Below, piece after piece: positions 1 to 9,052 of a stretch of 64,000 bases of DNA. A program made the position numbers and the translations under genes. Under the pieces are notes generated by a model that saw only the letters and a list, made by a program, of their open reading frames with translations, did no database searches and was not told the DNA's origin. The first letter of the stretch is position 1; every line of letters begins with the position of its first letter. The DNA lies in contig CAIVQG010000022.1 of the NCBI GenBank assembly GCA_903907985.1, positions 1,538-65,537 on the forward strand. Direction: 5' to 3'. The stretch comes from an uncultured delta proteobacterium. GTDB lineage: Bacteria; Desulfobacterota; Syntrophia; Syntrophales; Smithellaceae.

Positions 1-26
1 TTCCGGCACAGGTAATTGAAGCCGGC

Positions 27-509
27 ATGAATGAAATTCAACCGGGCGTGCAATATACGGTTGTTCTCGGTTTCTATGGCCGTGCAGAGATAGTAGATGC
101 CATTGAAGATACTGCACCGTTTCTTTACTGGTTAACTCATGGGACAAAATTTTCTGTAAGAGCCCATAGTCAGTGGATTCAAAATATTTTTATTGACAAT
201 CAAATTTATGAAGGAACCTATTGTTTGCCTTCCACTAATCCCGAATTTGACAATAAACCGGTAAATATGGATATGCTCAAAGAAGCTGGTGTCGCCATTT
301 TTGATTATAGAGGATCAAGAGATCCTATTGCTCCGGCAGGTTCCTGTGTCGCCGGTGAAACTTGGGGGCAAGTGGGCTGCGGCAATGTGGAAGTTCTTAG
401 TCCTGGTTTAAACCGGACGATTGAGAAAAATATCGGGCATATATTTGTAGTTAGCCGCAAACATTTAGCGGAGTACCTGGAATCGGTCAACGCTTTTCTC
501 CGCACCTGA
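27..509 (+). CDS. hypothetical protein (possibly 5'-truncated by the window edge)
   Basis: 160-aa ORF. The frame stays open upstream to nt 3, so the true start may lie outside the window. No motif recognised. Confidence 0.35.
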   Translation: MNEIQPGVQYTVVLGFYGRAEIVDAIEDTAPFLYWLTHGTKFSVRAHSQWIQNIFIDNQIYEGTYCLPSTNPEFDNKPVNMDMLKEAGVAIFDYRGSRDPIAPAGSCVAGETWGQVGCGNVEVLSPGLNRTIEKNIGHIFVVSRKHLAEYLESVNAFLRT

Positions 510-543
510 GACCGGCTTTGTTAGAAAACTCTATGTTGTTTAT

Positions 544-582
544 CGCCTCGCGTAACCTTCAGACAGGTTATCAGGTTATCAG
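544..582. repeat. short intergenic repeat, copy 1 (cores TCGCGT / TTCAG / GGTTATCAGGT)
   Basis: A related ~40-nt segment recurs at 43841-43879. Contains tandem AGGTTATC octamers. Lies between convergent genes. Confidence 0.4.
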
Positions 583-612
583 TTGACGGGATGCTGTGTG
601 TTATTTGAAAAA

Positions 613-1095
613 TTACTCTGCCTCTAATAAATTTTTCCAATCGAGAGATGGAAAAGTTGTGTTCAGCGAATGATCATCGCCAACCAGGTGATGTTCCAAT
701 TGGCTGAAGACTTTTCCGGCGATGCCTTTTACGAGATAAGGATCGACTATATTGTCGTCCATTCCATGATAAATTATCACCGGAAGATGTAGCTGCTGCC
801 CTGCTCCGGGACTGAATTCGGGAAGATTGAGCGCCGGAGCCAGCAAAATAATTTTGTTCACCCGATTTTCATTCTGCAAGGTAAATTGGGCGGCCATCAG
901 GCCGCCATAACTTGATCCTACCAGAATCAGATTATCCTTTCCGGCAAGTATTGCCGCAAGTTTTTGCATCCTTTCGGCAAAGTCGCCGGCATAGTCTTCA
1001 ATCATCATTTCCGGGAAATATTTCCGGAAAAATTGTCCTTTCGTACCTTGTGACGTACTTTCCAGGCCATGAATAAAAACAAGGGTAGTAGCCAT
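613..1095 (-). CDS. small alpha/beta-hydrolase (esterase-like)
   Basis: N-terminal LVFIHGLES. Nucleophile elbow GSSYGG (GxSxG). C-terminal IIYHGMDDNIVD and DDHSL, consistent with a Ser-Asp-His triad. Confidence 0.6.
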   Translation of the reverse strand: MATTLVFIHGLESTSQGTKGQFFRKYFPEMMIEDYAGDFAERMQKLAAILAGKDNLILVGSSYGGLMAAQFTLQNENRVNKIILLAPALNLPEFSPGAGQQLHLPVIIYHGMDDNIVDPYLVKGIAGKVFSQLEHHLVGDDHSLNTTFPSLDWKNLLEAE

Positions 1096-1186
1096 CTTTA
1101 ATTAGTCCCCTAAAAAATCTTTGTTCAATTTTGCATTGCCTAGATTATGCCAGTATGTTAGGACTCGCGCAAGAGGAGATTTAATT

Positions 1187-2425
1187 ATGGCTTTAGTATT
1201 ACCTTTTAGAGCGGTCCGGCCACAGCGCCAGTATGTGTCTCAAGTGGCCGCATTACCCTATGATGTTATGACGCGGGAAGAAGCAAAAAAAGCTGTTTTA
1301 GGCAAACCTTTGAGTTTTCTGCATGTTGAAAAATCAGAAATTGATGTTCCCGACCAGACTAAAAGCAACGCTGCCTTGATTTATGAGACAGCAGAACGCA
1401 ATTTTACCCAAATGCAGGAAAAAGGTGTATTGTTCCAAGAGGAATCCCCCTGCTTTTATGTTTATCGGCAGCAAATGGGCGGGCAAATTCAAACCGGTCT
1501 GGTCGGTGTTGTCAGTGCCGGAGAATACAATGAAGGTAAAATTAAGAAACACGAACTTACCAGGCAGGATAAAGAAGAAGACCGTATCAACCATGTGAAT
1601 AAAGTTGATGCGCAAACCGGACCGGTATTTCTAACATATCAATCCCGTCCGCAATTGAATATTGTCGTCAATCAGGTAACGACCAATAATCCCGAATATG
1701 CTTTTACCGCTGAGGATGGTGTGATTCATACTGTTTGGCTTGTAACAGACGCTCAACAGATTGAAGAAATAAAAAACGAGTTTTCGGCTGTCGACGCCCT
1801 ATATATTGCAGATGGGCATCACCGCGCAGCGGCTGCATCGGCCGTGGCCCGGATGAGGCGCACGAATGATAATTCTAATGGTATCCAGGAGTATGAAAAA
1901 GTCCTGGCTGTGCTCTTCCCCCATAATCAATTAAGAGTTATGGATTATAACCGTGCAGTGCAGGATTTAAATGGTTGGGCACCGCAGGAGTTTGAAGAAA
2001 AAATAAGTTCCTGCTTTACAATTACTAAAGATTTAGCGCTAAAATCGCCGCAACGATTCCATGATTTCGGAATGTATCTCCAGGGTCAATGGTATCAACT
2101 GACGATCAAAGAAGGAATATATAACGCTAATGATCCTGTAGCCCGTCTGGATGCGGCAATATTGCAGGAACATTTATTGGCGCCAATTCTGGGGATTAAT
2201 GATCCGCGTACCGATGACCGTATTAAGTTTGTCGGTGGTATCCGGGGTATGGCCGAACTGGAAAAACTGGTGGATAAAGATGGCTTTGCTGTTGCTTTTT
2301 CTCTTTATCCGACATCTATCGAACAGGTGATGCAGGTAGCCGATGCCGGAGCAATCATGCCGCCGAAATCCACCTGGTTTGAGCCCAAGTTGCGTAGCGG
2401 GATATTTGTTCATAAACTCAGTTAA
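1187..2425 (+). CDS. DUF1015 family protein
   Basis: N-terminus MALVLPFRAVRP..ALPYDVMTREEA is typical of DUF1015. GAGGAG RBS before ATG 1187; the ORF track start at 1121 is probably an upstream extension. Confidence 0.7.
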   Translation: MALVLPFRAVRPQRQYVSQVAALPYDVMTREEAKKAVLGKPLSFLHVEKSEIDVPDQTKSNAALIYETAERNFTQMQEKGVLFQEESPCFYVYRQQMGGQIQTGLVGVVSAGEYNEGKIKKHELTRQDKEEDRINHVNKVDAQTGPVFLTYQSRPQLNIVVNQVTTNNPEYAFTAEDGVIHTVWLVTDAQQIEEIKNEFSAVDALYIADGHHRAAAASAVARMRRTNDNSNGIQEYEKVLAVLFPHNQLRVMDYNRAVQDLNGWAPQEFEEKISSCFTITKDLALKSPQRFHDFGMYLQGQWYQLTIKEGIYNANDPVARLDAAILQEHLLAPILGINDPRTDDRIKFVGGIRGMAELEKLVDKDGFAVAFSLYPTSIEQVMQVADAGAIMPPKSTWFEPKLRSGIFVHKLS

Positions 2426-2430
2426 TCGAG

Positions 2431-3159
2431 ATGAATGAAGAAACTCTTGACGAAATTCTTGACGGACGTTTGCGTGTCTTCCAGAAAAAAAGAGGCTACC
2501 GGTTTTCTCTGGATGCCGTTTTGCTTGCCCATTTTGTTTTCCTGAAAGCAAAAGGCAAAGCCATCGATCTGGGGACTGGCAGCGGCATTATTCCTTTGAT
2601 TCTGGCAACTCGTTTCCCGCATGTTGCCTGGACCGGTTTGGAAATCCAGGCCTCACTTGCCGAACTGGCAAATAGAAGTATTGAGCTCAATTGTTTGCAG
2701 AACCATATTAATATTGTCCATGGTGATGCCCGCAAAATTAAGAATTTTTTCCTAGCGCATTCTTTTGATGCTGTAACTTTTAACCCTCCCTACCGGAAAA
2801 TAAATTCCGGCAGAATTAATCCCGATAAGGAAAAAGCTATTGCCCGCCATGAGATCAAGGGATCTCTGAAAGATTTTTTACAGGCTGCAAAGTATTTGCT
2901 GAAACCGTCGGGAAAGATTTTTACTATATATCCGGCGAAAAGATTGGCCCAACTGGTGTCTCTTTTTCGTGCTAATATAATCGAACCAAAAAGGATGAAA
3001 TTTGTTTTTTCCGCTGTGAACTCTGATGCCGAGTTTGTTTTAGTCGAGGGCCGGGCAGGGGCGCGCGAGGAATTGAAAATTGAACCTTCTCTGGTTATTT
3101 ATGATGAAGATAGAAGGTATACTGACCATATGAATAGCGTCTTCACTGATCTTGCTTGA
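2431..3159 (+). CDS. SAM-dependent methyltransferase, tRNA (adenine37-N6) YfiC/TrmN6-like
   Basis: RGYRFSLDAVLLA, SAM motif IDLGTGSGII, and amino-methyltransferase motif FNPPYRK. Confidence 0.7.
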   Translation: MNEETLDEILDGRLRVFQKKRGYRFSLDAVLLAHFVFLKAKGKAIDLGTGSGIIPLILATRFPHVAWTGLEIQASLAELANRSIELNCLQNHINIVHGDARKIKNFFLAHSFDAVTFNPPYRKINSGRINPDKEKAIARHEIKGSLKDFLQAAKYLLKPSGKIFTIYPAKRLAQLVSLFRANIIEPKRMKFVFSAVNSDAEFVLVEGRAGAREELKIEPSLVIYDEDRRYTDHMNSVFTDLA

Positions 3160-3664
3160 GCTGCAACCGGCGACGACGATTGATTTCTGTTTGCATCACT
3201 CTTTTAAATATTGCGGCTAATTCGGGGTCAGCTAAAGAAGCCGTGCATTGGGCAATCATCTTTTTGTCCCGGTCTTTCAAAAATGATTTTTTCGCGGTGA
3301 CAATTTCTGCTTCCCTTGAAATCTTAGCTTTGCTGATTTCATGTCCAACCGCAAAACGAATTTCTTTAATGGCATCCCTTCCGGCTAGTTCATTGAGCTT
3401 CTGGCGAATATCCTCCTTCATGAAATGCAGCTGCTGGACCCAAACCGAGGAAGTGGTTTTTACGAAAAGTGTCCCGCCGCGCAAACTGTCCGGTTGAGTT
3501 TGTGCGGCAATTTGCTGGCCTACGGCCTTCGGCCAGAATTTCAAGACGGCATTTTCTTCGAGTTTTGCCGCCATGCCGCGCCGTTTAAAGGCGGAAAACA
3601 AGATTTCGCCGATTGATTGCAATCGGGTCTGGTGATTTTTTCTGCGCATGATTTTCTGTGGCAC
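3143..3664 (-). CDS. DUF721 (DciA-like) protein
   Basis: WPKAVGQQIAAQTQPDSLRGGTLFVKTTSSVWVQQLHFMKEDIRQKLN matches the DUF721 pattern as I recall it. Confidence 0.55.
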   Translation of the reverse strand: MPQKIMRRKNHQTRLQSIGEILFSAFKRRGMAAKLEENAVLKFWPKAVGQQIAAQTQPDSLRGGTLFVKTTSSVWVQQLHFMKEDIRQKLNELAGRDAIKEIRFAVGHEISKAKISREAEIVTAKKSFLKDRDKKMIAQCTASLADPELAAIFKRVMQTEINRRRRLQLKQDQ

Positions 3665-3719
3665 AATTTGGGAAATAGGTCAAGAAGGCAACGTAAAGTT
3701 TTAAAATGGCATTACAAAA

Positions 3720-4040
3720 TCAAGGACACGATCTGTCATCCAAAATATTCCGCAGTTGACGGGATATCTCCAGCATTGTGAAAGGTTTTTGAATGAAACC
3801 GACACAACCTCGGCTGATGATCTTGCTGGCTTGACCGTTGATGCTATAACCACTGGATAGCAAGACCTTGACATCAGGATTAATCTTTTTGAGTTCGTCA
3901 AAGATTTCTCCTCCGTTCATTTCCGGCATAACCATGTCGAGAATTACTAAATCAATAGTTTCTTTTGATTGTCTGTAAATGTCAATTGCCGCTGTGCCGT
4001 TTTGGGCTGTTAATACCTTATATCCTAATGCTTTCAACAA
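3720..4040 (-). CDS. response-regulator receiver domain, distal part (separated from the upstream kinase ORF by one in-frame TAA)
   Basis: LKALGYKVLTAQNGTAAIDIY..IDLVILDMVMPEMNG (acceptor Asp)..KVLLSSGY..GFIQKPF. Only a TTG start is available. Same frame as 4044-5678. Confidence 0.7.
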   Translation of the reverse strand: MLKALGYKVLTAQNGTAAIDIYRQSKETIDLVILDMVMPEMNGGEIFDELKKINPDVKVLLSSGYSINGQASKIISRGCVGFIQKPFTMLEISRQLRNILDDRSCP

Positions 4041-4043
4041 ATC

Positions 4044-5678
4044 TTATGCTACATCCAGGATCAAGGACTCATCATCAATTAGCAGGATCGTTTCCGTGCC
4101 TCTTGATATTTCCATATTCTGCTCTGCTTTCTGTTCTTTAATTTCCTGATGGGCAGAAGCCGGTAGATAAATATTGAAAGTAGAACCTTGTCCTTTTTCG
4201 GAATAAACGTTGATAAACCCATTATGGTTTTTGATAATTCCATAAACGGAGGCTAGTCCCAGTCCGGCTCCCCGTCCCATCTCCTTGGTAGTGAAAAACG
4301 GTTCAAAGATTCGTTCTTTTGTCTTTTCATCCATACCGACGCCGGTATCGGTTATGGAGATCTTTACATAACGACCATTTTTGCCATTGTAATCTTTAAA
4401 CATTTTTTCTTCGAGAATGATATTGGACGTTCTCAAATAGAGGTCACCACCTCCCGGCATAGCCTGCCAGGCATTCACATAAAGATTGAGCAATACCTGA
4501 TCGATTTGCCCCGAATCAACGTCTGTCAGCCATAAATCATTGGCGAGGTTGTGGTGAATCGTGATTTCTTTCTTGGTACGACCAATTGTTTCCGACGTCC
4601 TGCATATTAATGAATTAATGTCTGCTGTTTTTACTTCGTATTTGCCACCGCGGGCAAATCCCAATAATTGTTTAGTTAATTCCGCTCCGCTCATAACCAG
4701 TCCTTCGATGGTTCTCAGGTGTCCATGGATGGGAGACTGAGGATCCATCATTAAAAGGGCTAAGGAAGCGTGTCCTTGTATTCCCATGAGCAGGTTATTG
4801 AAATCATGAGCAATGCCGCCGGCAAGGGTGCCGATGGATTCCATCTTTTTTGCCTGCAATAGCCGAGCTTCTGTCTTTTTTTGGCTGGTTATATCGCGCA
4901 TGAAATTTAATATTGCCGGCTGATTATTCCAATTGATAACTACACTATTTGTTTCTGTCCAATGAGTGGAACCGTCTTTGTTAATGATCCGGAAGATGTA
5001 GTTATTTGTTGAGTCTTCTCCCTGCAGAGAGCTTTGTTGTCGCTCACAAACCATATTGCGATCCTCTTCCAGAATCAGCTGGAGAAAGGGAGTATTCAGT
5101 ATTTCCGGGAGATTATAACCAAGCATTTGGGGAAAACGCTTATTGGCGAAAGTTATCTTTTCTGACTGAATGATGAATATTGCTTCATTGGAGTTTTCGA
5201 TCAGCAGGCGGTATTTTTCTTCGGACCTCTGCAGGGCCTCTTCATTCTGCTTTCGGTCGGTGATGTCTTTGGACACAATAGCGACGGCAATATTATTTTG
5301 AGAATTTCCGTCTTTTCTTACCGGACTGAATGTTCGCAAAAAGTATTCTTTTGTATTCGGGCTATGATGTTCGTCCTGAATTGATTGCCCTGTATTAAAT
5401 ACTTGTTTAACTTTTTCAGCAAAGTCTTCACTTTGTTGAGGGGAATGAAAATCATTGTATGAGTAACCGACAATTTTTTCCGCAGGCAAATTTAAGCGCT
5501 GTAAATGGTTGTCATTGATGAAAATATAACGCCCCTTCTCATTAACGAGATAAAGGGAATCACTTGTGGAGTCGACAAGATAGCGGTATTGGTTTTCGGA
5601 TGTTTCCATCTGGTGGAGTCTAAGCTCTAAGTCTTTTATTCTTTGCCCGAGCTCTTTGTTGGTGAGGTTCTGTATCAT
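4044..5678 (-). CDS. PAS-domain sensor histidine kinase (hybrid type, ends inside its receiver domain)
   Basis: Coiled-coil N-terminus and two PAS-like segments. H-box GGIAHDFNNLLMGIQGH. HATPase motifs (NLYVNAWQAM, DTGVGM, GLGLASVYG). Ends with ILLIDDESLILDVA followed by TAA. Confidence 0.85.
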   Translation of the reverse strand: MIQNLTNKELGQRIKDLELRLHQMETSENQYRYLVDSTSDSLYLVNEKGRYIFINDNHLQRLNLPAEKIVGYSYNDFHSPQQSEDFAEKVKQVFNTGQSIQDEHHSPNTKEYFLRTFSPVRKDGNSQNNIAVAIVSKDITDRKQNEEALQRSEEKYRLLIENSNEAIFIIQSEKITFANKRFPQMLGYNLPEILNTPFLQLILEEDRNMVCERQQSSLQGEDSTNNYIFRIINKDGSTHWTETNSVVINWNNQPAILNFMRDITSQKKTEARLLQAKKMESIGTLAGGIAHDFNNLLMGIQGHASLALLMMDPQSPIHGHLRTIEGLVMSGAELTKQLLGFARGGKYEVKTADINSLICRTSETIGRTKKEITIHHNLANDLWLTDVDSGQIDQVLLNLYVNAWQAMPGGGDLYLRTSNIILEEKMFKDYNGKNGRYVKISITDTGVGMDEKTKERIFEPFFTTKEMGRGAGLGLASVYGIIKNHNGFINVYSEKGQGSTFNIYLPASAHQEIKEQKAEQNMEISRGTETILLIDDESLILDVA

Positions 5679-6230
5679 TCAGTCGCCATTGTTATGATTA
5701 AAAAGTAATTTTTTAAACTCAATGGAAAAAATTTCATAAGTTCGCCGGTCAAATAAAATATGGCGAATGAGCTCAATTCCGGTGTTTTCTCCCGCAAACT
5801 CAATACAGGTCTGAAGCGCCAGACGAGCTGCTTCAGCTATAGGGTAGCCGTAAACACCGCAACTTATAGCCGGAAAAGAAATACTTTGCAAACTATTTTC
5901 CGAGGCTAGTCTTAAGCTTTCGCGATAAGCACATTGCAAAAGTCTTGCTTCATCTTTTAATCCGCCGCGATAAATCGGGCCGACAGTATGAATAACGTAT
6001 CTAGCTTTGAGGTTGCCGCCGCTGGTAATGACGGCCTGACCCGTCGGACAGCTGCCTATTTTGCGGCATTCCTTCATAATTGCCAGGCCGCCAGCCCTGT
6101 GAATTGCTCCATCAACACCGGCACCACCAGCCAGGCGCGCATTAGCGGCATTTACTATGGCGGCAGTTGATTCTTCGGTAATGTCACCACACGCCAGTGC
6201 AATCAGAGTTTCATTAATTTTAGCTTCCAT
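5679..6230 (-). CDS. macro-domain protein (O-acetyl-ADP-ribose deacetylase, YmdB-like)
   Basis: GDITEESTAAIVNAANARLAGGAGVDGAIHRAGG..VIHTVGP..SISFPAISCGVYGYP. Confidence 0.85.
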   Translation of the reverse strand: MEAKINETLIALACGDITEESTAAIVNAANARLAGGAGVDGAIHRAGGLAIMKECRKIGSCPTGQAVITSGGNLKARYVIHTVGPIYRGGLKDEARLLQCAYRESLRLASENSLQSISFPAISCGVYGYPIAEAARLALQTCIEFAGENTGIELIRHILFDRRTYEIFSIEFKKLLFNHNNGD

Positions 6231-6236
6231 CAGAAT

Positions 6237-7823
6237 CTATGTTCCCTGGATTTTTGTTCCGTCTCCATATACAAGCATGCGGTATGTTTTTTCAATTCTA
6301 TCCCAGTTTCCCTCACGGTCCATTGACCAGTAGCGGCCAATTACCGAAACAACCTGTCCTATATTCAGCGATAAAGATTTTTCTTCAATTTTATTTATAT
6401 ATAGAGGACCACTTTCCGGCATTTCGCCGCGCCGTCCCAGCATGGAATGAATAAAAAGATTTTCAATTCCTTGGGCTTTGGCCATTTCCATTAGGGCAAA
6501 AAGGTGATTGATCGACCCATGAGAGCTGAAGAAAGAAACTATCCCGATCAGATGCAGCGCCTTGCTGGACTCTTTAGCTTTCCGCATCACACTTAAAAAA
6601 GCATCGTTCTGGTAAAAATATTTATTGGCAATGGCCTGGTCGATTTTAAACCGATCGGAATAAATTTTACGGCCGGCACCGATATGCAAATGTCCAGCCT
6701 CCGAATTACCTACGGTGCCAGCCGGTAATCCGACGGCTTCTCCTGCTGCCGCAAGCCGGGATGTGGGAAAGCAACCCATGAGCTTATCCATAACGGGTGT
6801 TTTGGCGCGGGAAATCAGATTGGCTTCTATGTTATCATTTAGTCCCCATCCATCGAGAATTATCAGTAACAATCTTTTTGTAGCTTCGCTTCCGGTCAGT
6901 TTTTGCGAAATCAATGATGAACCTGTCATCAAGGTGGATGGAGGTAAACCAAGAATATCCAAAACGGTCGGTGCCACATCAGTTAGCTCGCCTTCTTTGC
7001 GCAAAGTTAGTGCACTATTTTGGTGCACTAGAATAAAAGGCACAAGGCTGTCGGTATGTCCTGTATCCACGGCTCCATCCGGATAATACCATTTTTCTAC
7101 AGTGCCGTGATCGGCAGTAATAATTACTGCCATTTCTTTTTCCCGGGCATTCTCAATAATCATGCCGGCATGTTTGTCGACCGCCTCGACAGCCCGCAGA
7201 ATGGCGGCTTCGTTTTCAATATGGCCAACAACGTCCACATTAGGAAAATTAACAACGATAAAATTACAATTATCATCAGCAATTTTATCCATTGCTGCTT
7301 TCGCTATCTTTTCTATGGACATTTCCGGCGCTTCATCAAACTGGGCAACATCTTTTCTGGTCGGGACAACAATCCTTTCTTCTCCGGAAAAGAGCTCTTG
7401 CTTCTTTCCATTAAAGAAGAACCCTACATGCACTGCTTTTTCTGCTTCCGTAATTTTTGCCTGTTTCATTTTATGACGGGAAATAATTTCGCTTAACGTA
7501 TCTTGCAGTGTTTCCTCTGGCGGGAAAGCAACCTGGACGTTAAGCCCTTTTTGATATTCAATCATGGTGGCAAAATGCAGATTAAGATCAGGGGTAATAG
7601 GAAATTCAACGAAATTATCTTCTGTTAAGCTGCGGGTTAATTCGATTTCCCGCTCACCGCGAATATTGTAAAAAATGACACAGTCATCCTTGCCAATCCT
7701 GCCCGCGGGTTTACCTTGCAGGTTTGTAAAAATCAAAGGCAAAAGGGTTTCGTCTTCCTGTCCTTCTTTGTAAGCGCTGCGGACAGCTTCGGACATGGGG
7801 AAATTAAAATCTGAACTCATCAT
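6237..7823 (-). CDS. gpmI: 2,3-bisphosphoglycerate-independent phosphoglycerate mutase homologue with swapped (circularly permuted) segment order
   Basis: Contains LIILDGWG, GNSEAGHLHIGAGR, GRYWSMDREGNWDR, FYNIRGERE, NFPNVDVVGH, ITADHG and APTVLDILGLP. The canonical N-terminal block lies in the C-terminal half of the ORF. Confidence 0.8.
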   Translation of the reverse strand: MMSSDFNFPMSEAVRSAYKEGQEDETLLPLIFTNLQGKPAGRIGKDDCVIFYNIRGEREIELTRSLTEDNFVEFPITPDLNLHFATMIEYQKGLNVQVAFPPEETLQDTLSEIISRHKMKQAKITEAEKAVHVGFFFNGKKQELFSGEERIVVPTRKDVAQFDEAPEMSIEKIAKAAMDKIADDNCNFIVVNFPNVDVVGHIENEAAILRAVEAVDKHAGMIIENAREKEMAVIITADHGTVEKWYYPDGAVDTGHTDSLVPFILVHQNSALTLRKEGELTDVAPTVLDILGLPPSTLMTGSSLISQKLTGSEATKRLLLIILDGWGLNDNIEANLISRAKTPVMDKLMGCFPTSRLAAAGEAVGLPAGTVGNSEAGHLHIGAGRKIYSDRFKIDQAIANKYFYQNDAFLSVMRKAKESSKALHLIGIVSFFSSHGSINHLFALMEMAKAQGIENLFIHSMLGRRGEMPESGPLYINKIEEKSLSLNIGQVVSVIGRYWSMDREGNWDRIEKTYRMLVYGDGTKIQGT

Positions 7824-8000
7824 AACACCTATTAGGATAATTCGAATATTTATCGGTGGATGTATTTAGCGAAATAACAGAAAACTGTAAAGACAAACTT
7901 ACTGCCGGGCTGGAAATCTATTTATTTTATTCAGAAATGGAATAAGTTGAAAAGTAAGCTGTTAAATGATAGTGACTCGTGAAGCCTCTCCCGGAGAGTA

Positions 8001-8399
8001 ATGGTTATGCAATTGCCGCGATCACCAAGAGAAGAAAAACATGATACTCTATGTGAAGAGTTATTAAGAGAACGGGCAGCGGTGCTGGGCCGCGCAGGCA
8101 TGGCCGTAGAAGATGCCCTTGCTGAATTGACAAAATTAGATAACGAAATTAAAACAAAAAAAGAACAACTGAAATTATTGAAGCTTCGGGAGCAATGTCC
8201 TCATAGTCTGAATGAGCAACAGGCAGCCGTCGAAGAAATTAATGCGAAAATAGATCAATTCAACGCAGTTCGCAAGAAAGCTCAACTGAAATATTATTAT
8301 CTCATTGTCACCCGCGAAGCACTGGGTTTAAGGCGGCATGATATGATTAAGGAAATATACATAATTCCGGTAAAAAAGAAAAAGATACAGGATTTTTGA
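8001..8399 (+). CDS. hypothetical coiled-coil protein
   Basis: 132-aa ORF, Lys/Glu-rich heptad-like region. Stop overlaps the pcm start (ATGA-type overlap at 8396). Confidence 0.4.
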   Translation: MVMQLPRSPREEKHDTLCEELLRERAAVLGRAGMAVEDALAELTKLDNEIKTKKEQLKLLKLREQCPHSLNEQQAAVEEINAKIDQFNAVRKKAQLKYYYLIVTREALGLRRHDMIKEIYIIPVKKKKIQDF

Positions 8400-9052
8400 T
8401 GGATAGATATAGAAAACAGCGGGCACGAATGATAGAAACGCAGCTAATGGCGCGTGGCATAACTGATGCCGGTGTTTTAAAGGCCATGGAAAATGTGCCC
8501 CGTCATCTTTTTGTTGATGAAGGTCTAATTGATCAAGCATATAGCGACAATCCGCTGCCAATTGGTGAAAAACAGACGATCTCCCAGCCTTACATTGTAG
8601 CTCTCATGACGCAGGGGTTGGAATTGAATAGGAAGGACAGGGTGCTGGAAATTGGAACCGGCTCTGGTTATCAGGCGGCAATTCTGGCACAATTAGTCGA
8701 TCGCGTTTTTTCCATCGAACGTATTGCCGCGTTAGCTTCCCGGGCTCGCAAGATTTTTGATCAGCTCAATTATTATAATGTAGCCATCAGAGTTGGTGAT
8801 GGTTCCTATGGCTGGAAAGAAGAGGCTCCGTTTGACGCGATCATTACTACGGCTGCCGCGCCGGGAGTGCCAAAATATTTAATCGAACAGCTTGTTGTCG
8901 GAGGTCGGCTGATTGTTCCCGTCGGGGGACGAGATGTGCAGACTTTGTATAAATGGACGCGCCTTTCTGAAAATATCAATGACATCAAAAAAGAAGACCT
9001 GGGTGGTTGCCGCTTTGTGAGTTTGATTGGGGAGAGTGGATGGAAGGAATAG
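8396..9052 (+). CDS. pcm: protein-L-isoaspartate O-methyltransferase
   Basis: ISQPYIVALMTQ and VLEIGTGSGYQAAILAQL. Length 218 aa. Followed by an nlpD-like gene, as in the conserved pcm-nlpD arrangement. Confidence 0.9.
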   Translation: MMDRYRKQRARMIETQLMARGITDAGVLKAMENVPRHLFVDEGLIDQAYSDNPLPIGEKQTISQPYIVALMTQGLELNRKDRVLEIGTGSGYQAAILAQLVDRVFSIERIAALASRARKIFDQLNYYNVAIRVGDGSYGWKEEAPFDAIITTAAAPGVPKYLIEQLVVGGRLIVPVGGRDVQTLYKWTRLSENINDIKKEDLGGCRFVSLIGESGWKE

